Origin: Octopus vulgaris
Taxonomy: Eukaryota
Direction of reading: 5' to 3'
Assembly (NCBI GenBank): GCA_951406725.2
Contig: CATOCA020000001.1
Coordinates: 744,001 to 808,000 of the forward strand
Length of the DNA: 64,000 bases
Made by a program: the position numbers and the translations under genes. Each line of letters starts with the position of its first letter. Within the stretch, counting starts at the first letter, position 1. Of this stretch, positions 55,494-64,000 are shown in pieces. A model generated the notes under the pieces. The model did no database searches, had not been told where the DNA came from, and saw only the letters and a program-made list of their open reading frames with translations.

Positions 55494-55509
55494 CAATATA
55501 TATTGATCA

Positions 55510-55582
<73 letters not shown>

Positions 55583-56579
55583 ATTGAGGTAATCAGATCA
55601 GATGGTTCATATTTGTAGATATTTATTTATATATTACATTTTTTACATATATATCATATCATATCATTCGGATTTCGGATTAGCGCTTGCTCCCATTCTA
55701 GTGGGCTTTTCAAATCAAATCAGTTGTGGGGAGTTTGAACCTTTTTATAGTTTCGTAGTAGTGGGTGAGGAGGAAGTGAGACAGAGAGAAAATATGTGTG
55801 TATGTGTATGTGTGTGAGTGTGTGTGTATATGTGTGTGTGCGTTTATATCTGAGAGTGAAGAAGTGTTATTTCCGTTGGTCTGCTGGACCGCCTGTGGTT
55901 TTATAAGAACTTTGGCCGTCCATTTCGATGTCACTGAGTGTGTGTTGTGCGTAGGTTGGCCTGGCAAATGTCATTTGGGGTCACACTTTCTATGATCATT
56001 CTGTGGAGGTGTGTGTGTGTGTGTGTCTCTGTGTGTCCGTGTGTGTTTTTGTGTGCGTGCGTGTGTGTGTGTGTATGTGTGTGTGTGTGTGTGTCTGTGT
56101 GTTTGGAGAAGGGGAGGGAGACAAAAAGAGAAAAGGGAAAATAAAAATAATAATAATAAAAATAAAAAAAATAAAAAAATATAGAAATATAAAAATAAAA
56201 AATAAAAAAATAAAATAAAAAATAAAAAATATAAAGAATAAATAAAAATATAAAAAATAAAAAATAAAAAAATAAAAATAAAAATAAGGGAGGAAGTGGA
56301 GAAGAAAAAATATTTTTGTGTGTTGATATTTATACCAACACATATATATACACAGACTTATACATAAAATATTTGAAAAAACCTTTTATTGGTTCAAAAT
56401 GAACAACCAAATTATACCATCTTGAAAGTTGTATATCATAGGAAAGTTAAAATTAAAGTGACAATTAAAAGGTAAAGATGGAAGTGAATTATAAAGATAA
56501 TAATATAATATGATGTATATAACAGGCAATACACACATCTACACACACACAGATTTGTCCTTCAATGTATGTTGAGTAA

Positions 56580-56952
56580 AGTTTCAGCCATTTGGGGGAG
56601 AACTTAGCTATGAAATGTTTTTCCATATTCCTCCTGAAGGGGGTGTCATTCTTCGGACACTTGTAGAAGGGAAATATCTTAAATGTTCCTTCTCCACATG
56701 TAGCTAGGTGTGTGCTTAGTGGTATTTTGCGTAGTTCTTCCTGCCGAATATGTTGTCGGTGGATCCTGGCTCGCTGGCACAAAGAATTACCAGTTTCACC
56801 TACGTAATTCTCCTTGCACGTGGGGCAGGTTATGCAGTATATGACGTTCTGCGTCTTGCAGTTCATATCTGCATTTACTTTGAATATGTCACCATTTTTA
56901 AATCTTATCTCTCTGTTGCTCTCTATGTATTTGTAGGTGGGGTTGCTGCAGG

Positions 56953-56955
<3 letters not shown>
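56580..56955 (-). mobile_element. Penelope-like GIY-YIG endonuclease fragment, 5'-truncated at (TA)n
   Basis: NCKTQNVIYCITCPTCKENYVGETGNSLCQRARIHRQHI...PLSTHL...E..FI. Confidence 0.85.
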
Positions 56956-57020
<65 letters not shown>

Positions 57021-57384
57021 CAATAAGAAAATGGAGGGGATCAATGGGTGGTTCATCAACTTTTAAACATTATATTATGTCAATTTATTTATTTATTTAC
57101 TAAAATAGCAATTGCTAGAATATACATACATGTATAACATATTATGCTTTACATATAAAATATATAAAGATACCAGCAACCCTCACCCATTTTGTACACT
57201 CGGTAACGTAATTGCAATGCAATAAAAAAACACTTGTGTATTACTAGTTGGGTTTTCTACCAGCAGTATATTGGATAGATATTATCCCTCAGTGGGTCAG
57301 ATTCACAATCTCTAACTTTCTTGGAAGTTATATGTGTGTGTGCGTGTGTGTGTGTGTACATATATATATGTATATATATATACA

Positions 57385-57452
<68 letters not shown>

Positions 57453-57456
57453 TACG

Positions 57457-57508
<52 letters not shown>

Positions 57509-57831
57509 AAGTAGATAAATGAATTATCTTATTACGGATAATTCAAATGATAACCGATACCTGGGTAGCAAAAATCACAACAGAAAAAGCAGCCTTCGAA
57601 ACATATGTAGAAAATAATATAAAGGAATTTTGTTAAATCTTCGTTCAGCTCCATTTCTTCCTACACTTAATATATAATCTTTCTGTTTCCGTCAACCAAA
57701 TCCACTTGGTCGACCCGAGGCTATAGTAGAAGACACTTGCGCAAGGTGTAACGCAGTGGGACTGAATCCGTAACCATGTGGTTGGTAAGCAAACTACTTA
57801 CCACACCATACTTATATATAGGTATGTACAC

Positions 57832-57906
<75 letters not shown>

Positions 57907-58032
57907 TAAATTAGAGACAAAACCACTATTAGGCAAATCAAACAATGAAAAACTTAAGCCAATACATAAGATTATTTAATTTATATTATTTAGATATATA
58001 ACAAAATTATTAAAAAAATATAATTAATATCA

Positions 58033-58097
58033 CACTACGATCGTTTCATGCCTGCTAACTTCTTCAAATGTTTGAGTCGCAGTCATTCATCAGGTGG
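58033..58097 (-). ncRNA. Type I hammerhead ribozyme motif, canonical core
   Basis: CAC-CUGAUGA-AUGACUGC...GCAGGCAU-GAAAC-GAUC-GUA-GUG; palindromic minimal stem III; NUH=GUA; stem I only 3 bp. Confidence 0.7.
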
Positions 58098-59698
58098 TTT
58101 AAATATCTAAAATATAATCAATATTTTTAAGATATAAATAATATATATAATATAATAATTTTACTTATAATAAACTCTATTATTAAATATGATTATATCG
58201 AAATCGACTATAATGTTAAATATTAACTTTAATTTATAAGGTAGAAAACCCATAATCTAATATCAATATTAGTCTATATCTAATTACATAAATATTTAAA
58301 ATGACTAATATATAAATTATCAATGACAATATATATAAATATTATAATCAAGACCTAAAATAATCTCTATAAATAATTGTATATAATGAAAACCTAATAA
58401 ATTTAATTTTTCATATTTAAAGATGAAATAGCTAATTTCAAAATACAAATAAACTAACTCAAACGGACTTTCAAAATCTTATGTAAAATACTTATAGAAA
58501 TATTCAATTCTTAGTAATATAGTATCAAATATATACTATAAGTACTATAAATATAATTATGAATGGGAATAATTATCTAATATAAATTATGCTATTAAAT
58601 TAGACATGGCCTAGACCAATCTTTAGTCGAAACATATCTAATTTTATCAAAGCTTATCTAATTTATTTAATATCTAATAACATAGAAAATTACGATAATT
58701 AGATCATTACATAAACAACGATATTTACATAAAGAGAATATTATTACTCCAAAGGCTTATACAATATTAAAATTTACAATTTGAAGATCTTAAAAAGATA
58801 CATACTTATCTTGGCGAGGTTTAAACAATGAACTAAAATGTTGAATCAAAAAACGTCTTATACAGCGTTTATAAGAATACTCAGGGAATTACGTTATTAG
58901 CAAAAAAAAAAAGAATAAATTGTTGAAGAATTCATTACGCGTGAGGAACCTACGTTTATTAAAGATTATGAATGGAAAATTATATGTTTATCATTGTAAA
59001 AAGAATGAATTCACAAAAAAAAAGAATAAAATCTCTCTATACTATAATATTTATTAATAAAATAACTATGATAAATGAAACTTAATACAAAATAAATTAA
59101 ATGATTAAAAACCACTTACTATTAAATATATTCTAAAAATCTAATAAGATTAATAAATATATAAAAAGTAATTTATATAGTAACCCCACTACATATTATA
59201 AATTCTTTCCCATACCCTTATAATTATAAGCTAAAATTAGTGATCATAACATATCTATATATACTAATCAAAATTTGTAGTATAACTATACATACGTATA
59301 CATAAATATATAAGAAAATATCCATACATATACATATATATATATACATATATACACATATAAACATATACATACATATACATATACATACACATATACA
59401 CATACATACACACGTACATTCATATACATATATACACACATATATACACACACTTACACCCATACACATATGCACACTCATACATACATGTACTTACATA
59501 CTCAATATATACACTTACACCAATATATACACACCCACACACATACAAATAAATAAATGTATATACATATATATATATATATACACACACACATCATCAA
59601 ATACACATATATACAAACACACACATCCACATATATTATAAATATATAGATATATAAATGTCTTGGATGTATTCCCTAATATTTATTATTAATTTATA

Positions 59699-59724
<26 letters not shown>

Positions 59725-59734
<10 letters not shown>

Positions 59735-60731
59735 AAACTGAGAATGTGTTCTGTCTGTCTGTCTGTCTGTCTGTGTGTTTCCCTAAAACTTGAGAACTAC
59801 ACAACCAATTTCATTCAAATTTTACACATGCCTTACTTAGGGTCCGGGGAGTGTCATCGGCAAAAAAATTTAACTTTTTACCTAGGGCGAGACCACAGCA
59901 ATATAATATCTTCTCCACTACGATTCCCTAAAACTTGAGAACTGCACAACCAATTTCATTCAAATTTTACACATGCCTTACTTAGGGTCCATGTAGTTTC
60001 AGGGGCAAAAAAATGTTCAACTTCTTACCTAGGGCGAGCCCATAGCAATATCATATCTTCTCCACTATTTCAGTATAATGTGTTAAAAGTGAAACAAAAA
60101 CATTTCTCTATTTTATGCCAGATACTTTCACTTTAGCAATAAAAATTAGAGATAATAGTAACAATTGAATTATATGTAGTAAGTAATAATTAAAATCAAA
60201 CTAAAGTATAATATAATCGTAACATAAGAAAAGTAAAAATAGCAATTGGTATAAAATTGCATCAATGACTCGAAGTTGAATAAGTGGTTTCACATGAATA
60301 GGAATAAATTTAAAATAAAATTAGCGTGCAGAAATGGAATAGCCCATATGGATGTGTGCACATACCTCGACTCGAACCTTGCATAGTGGAAATATTTTAT
60401 TTTTACCTTTGTATCTGGGACGTAGGACGTACCGGATAAAAATTCAAAATGTCCCCCCAGAAGTAGAGGTAGGCTGGATTGTAGCCACACCTCTATACAA
60501 GAGGGAGGACAAGATACAATTGATCGAAATTGCAAGAGACGGGCCTACAATTCCAGTCTGTTATATATTTTGAGTATTGTTATCACTAGCGATATCAAGA
60601 TATAACTTTGTATTTTGTATTTTATGTGTAGATGTATATATATAGATGTACATGTAATATGTACATATATATATAAACATATATGCATGCACTAGCACTA
60701 TGACCCGGCAACGACGGGTCTTTAATGCTAG
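59725..60731 (+). mobile_element. Non-autonomous Helitron-like element with (CTGT)n near the 5' end and an internal about 145-bp tandem duplication
   Basis: Starts in (TA)n with ATAAAACTGAGAATG; 3' hairpin GACCCG...CGGGTC followed by CTAG|T. Confidence 0.7.
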
Positions 60732-60762
<31 letters not shown>

Positions 60763-61271
60763 ATGGGCTTCTTTTAGTTTCCATCAACAAAATTCACTCA
60801 CAAGGCTTTGGTCTGCTCGAGGCTATAAGAGGTTCCACACAGTAGGACTGAACCCGGAACCATGTGTTTTAGAAGCAAATGGACTTTGGTCTACAACCAC
60901 GGAAAGGTATTTAGTCATCGTCAATGAGATGGATTACAATTTCTCAAAATATATTACAAGCAACATTCACAATGAAATAAATAAATAAATAAATAGTTAT
61001 TGAGAAAGAAGAGACGTTTTTAGAGTCACGACAGAGTTATAAACGACGCAATTATTAAATAATTGTAAGTTCCGGGCAAGTTGACAATGTGTAACTTTAT
61101 CGGCTGATTATTTTTACTTCCTGTATACAGGTGTATAGATAAACAGGTATAAGTAAAGCTATACTTATACAGGTGTGCAGGTATAGCTTTTACATGTGTG
61201 TGTATGTATTTTTTGGTATTTTGTCCTGTACTTAACGTGTATCTTTTACATATATATGTATCTATCAATCA

Positions 61272-61303
<32 letters not shown>

Positions 61304-61306
61304 CTC

Positions 61307-61481
<175 letters not shown>

Positions 61482-61586
61482 TGAGAGAGAAAGGGTGTCT
61501 CTATACATATATACAAGTTGACAAGTTGTGGTGCACCTGAGTACTGTATACAATAATTTCATCATCATCATTATTATTATTATTAA

Positions 61587-61640
<54 letters not shown>

Positions 61641-64000
61641 GAGTGTGTGTGTGTAAAATGTTAGAGAAAGAAACCCACCTGTTTCTTGCAATACATACCA
61701 ATACATGCATCTAAAGGAAAATATGTTCAGGGCCCTTAAATAACTCTTGTGAATCTCTAATCTATTATTTTCTTGCGTAGACCCCTAAAAATCTTATACA
61801 GACTCCGGTTGAGAACCACCGACCTGACCCATCCGTATCTAATACCCTGGCTGCCGCTTCCCGATTGCTCAACTGGAATGATTCTATGAAACCATTTTTA
61901 AAAGCCTCGTATTTCTGTGAATAGCTGATGGTCTGCTTAGGATATGTCTGGCACCCACCTTCTTCTTGTGTCCTTATCCAGGGTTGCTGTTACATAAGAA
62001 TACTTCATCAGGTCTGAAGTGATGTTTCTGATGTTGAACTGCGCCGCGAATTGTGCGAACCACGATTGTGCGGCTCTCAGTGCGACGGTGTTCGCGCATG
62101 GCATGATGGCGTGTTTGTGTGTTTTCTTTTCACTTCGGTGGGTTGCTGGGGGTCAACACTTAGAGCTTTCGTTAAAGCTATGCGTAAAAATAACTACAAA
62201 CGGCCACGAATTGTTATTGTGTGTTATGCAATGTACAAAGAGAGAGGAAAGATCCTCCCGGTCTGGTTTATCGCTTAACTGGAAGTCGCTTCTCTGCGAA
62301 CTAATTCAATGACTTTTATTTTTATGAATTTTAATTTTATTAGGACTTTTAAACACAAGAAAACAGGAAAGAAGAGTGATAAGAATAAGAAAGAAAAGGA
62401 AAGAGCAGGGGATAGAGCCGTAGGTGTGAGGGCGATGGACCACAACCGAAAATAAATTCTTCAATAACAAGTCCGCAGTTATAGTGCTCGTCTTCCAGTT
62501 TGTCCTTTGCTATTTCACGGCCTCTGTCCTACGTAATGCAGATTTAAGTCACCCCGTATAACCCTCTTGTAACTTTTTCTTCTTTTTTTTTTTTAGAATT
62601 TTCCGAAAATTTTTGCGAATGCTTGTTCTGCACACGAGATACCGTACGGTTATGGTGATGGGGACGTGTATGTAATTTGAGGGCGAGTTAGTTGGGTTTT
62701 TAGCACATCTCACGACCATCTGATACCTTACTCATGTCTTTGTCATTCTTGCATGTCTGGATGTTTTTCAATATTTCTTTTCCTCATAAACACATTTACT
62801 ACAATGGTGATGCACCCAATTTCGGCCTGCATGTACTTTAAACACTGATTTAAAAAAAATATTCCAAAAAGTATAACTTTTAGGATTTATGGGGGAGGGA
62901 TAAAATATCTTTTTTTGTATAATCGTATGAATTCTCGTGTGTAGACCACAAATTCGCAAAAACTTTTCTAAAACTTCCCTAAAATATTAAAAGACATAAG
63001 AGGTTGTATGGGGTGCTTAAACAAGAATTGCGCTCAATTATTGCATTATTTCTATCAGTTAGACTGCAGTCATTCATAAAGTATCAACAGAATAGATTTG
63101 AAAAGGTAGGAGATAATTCTATGAAGCGGCTTTCAGATGAAGTTCAAGTGCCAAGCAATCTACCCTTCTCGCTTCACTCATATTCTCCTGCTGCAGCTGC
63201 TGCTGCTGTAGCTGTTGCTGCAGTTGCTGCTGAGCGAACGGTCTTCGTCCCAGAGTGGGAGAAGTCCGAAACGTGGTCCTTTGCTATTCGTAAGACCCGC
63301 AGAAGAGAAAGCAGGTCAACGCCCGACACCGAGAGCATCGACGGATGGATGAATGCGCTTCCAGGCTCAGCGGTTGCGTAGGAAGTCGGGGACAAGAAAC
63401 AGGAAGACAGAGTGAGAGAAAGTCGGGGCGAAAGAGTACAACAGGGGTCGCCACCACCCGCGGCCGGAGTCTCGTGGAGCTTTAGGTGTTTTCGCTCAAT
63501 AAACACACACAACGCCCGGTCTGGGAATCGAAACCGCTGCTACTGCTGCTGTTGTCGGTGGTGTCATGGCAATTAATTTTGAGCATGGGGCCGGTTGTTC
63601 TGCCGGTGCTGGTGAGGTCACCATCTCGGGCCGTAGTGCTGGTGTTGGTGCTGCAGTCGTAGATGTCGGTGTTGGGGTTTCTGCCGCCTAATGCTTTGCT
63701 CCCGATGTCGCGCTCGCCCTTGCTATTTCTGTCGCTGATGTTGTTGGGTGAGCTGTTGCTGCTATTACTCAGGGTGGTAGGGCCGGGTACCACCACAGCC
63801 TCATACACGACACTGTCAGCCTCATGTTGCCCTCCCCACCCACTCGGCAGCCATTGTGGTTCAAGAATGAGCAACCAGCCTCTACCCACGTTTCAGGGTC
63901 GTTTGCCAATATACTTATCATGTGCCTAAGGGCACACCGTTTGTTCAAAAGGCACAACTTAAGGACAGATATTAGGGGAAGTGAAATCTACATGGACCCT

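Overview
Eukaryotic, AT-rich, microsatellite- and SINE-saturated DNA. The repeat landscape suggests a coleoid cephalopod, probably an octopus (inference). One protein-coding gene can be reconstructed on the minus strand from seven phase-compatible GT-AG exons: 34215-31612, 30747-30711, 26989-26780, 25464-25286, 24564-24422, 21630-21559 and 19491-19289. After removing one extra base near 32498 they give 1148 codons plus a stop. The product has about 28 ankyrin repeats, a C3HC4 RING finger and a C-terminal death domain; the start codon and 5' exon(s) were not located. One 2.6-kb exon holds 24 tandem 102-bp units whose amino-acid variation is concentrated at the ankyrin ligand-binding positions. 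This suggests a rapidly diversifying, DARPin-like recognition/ubiquitination/death-signalling protein. The remainder is transposon debris: Tc2/pogo, mariner and Tc1-like fragments, R4- and RTE-type LINEs, Helitron-like elements, MITEs and tRNA-derived SINEs. From 39 to 58 kb there are several Penelope-like GIY-YIG fragments, with a cluster of hammerhead-ribozyme motifs (two canonical; several with an unusual CCGANGA core). Several inverted duplications point to local palindromic segmental duplication. All identities were judged by eye and no database searches were run.
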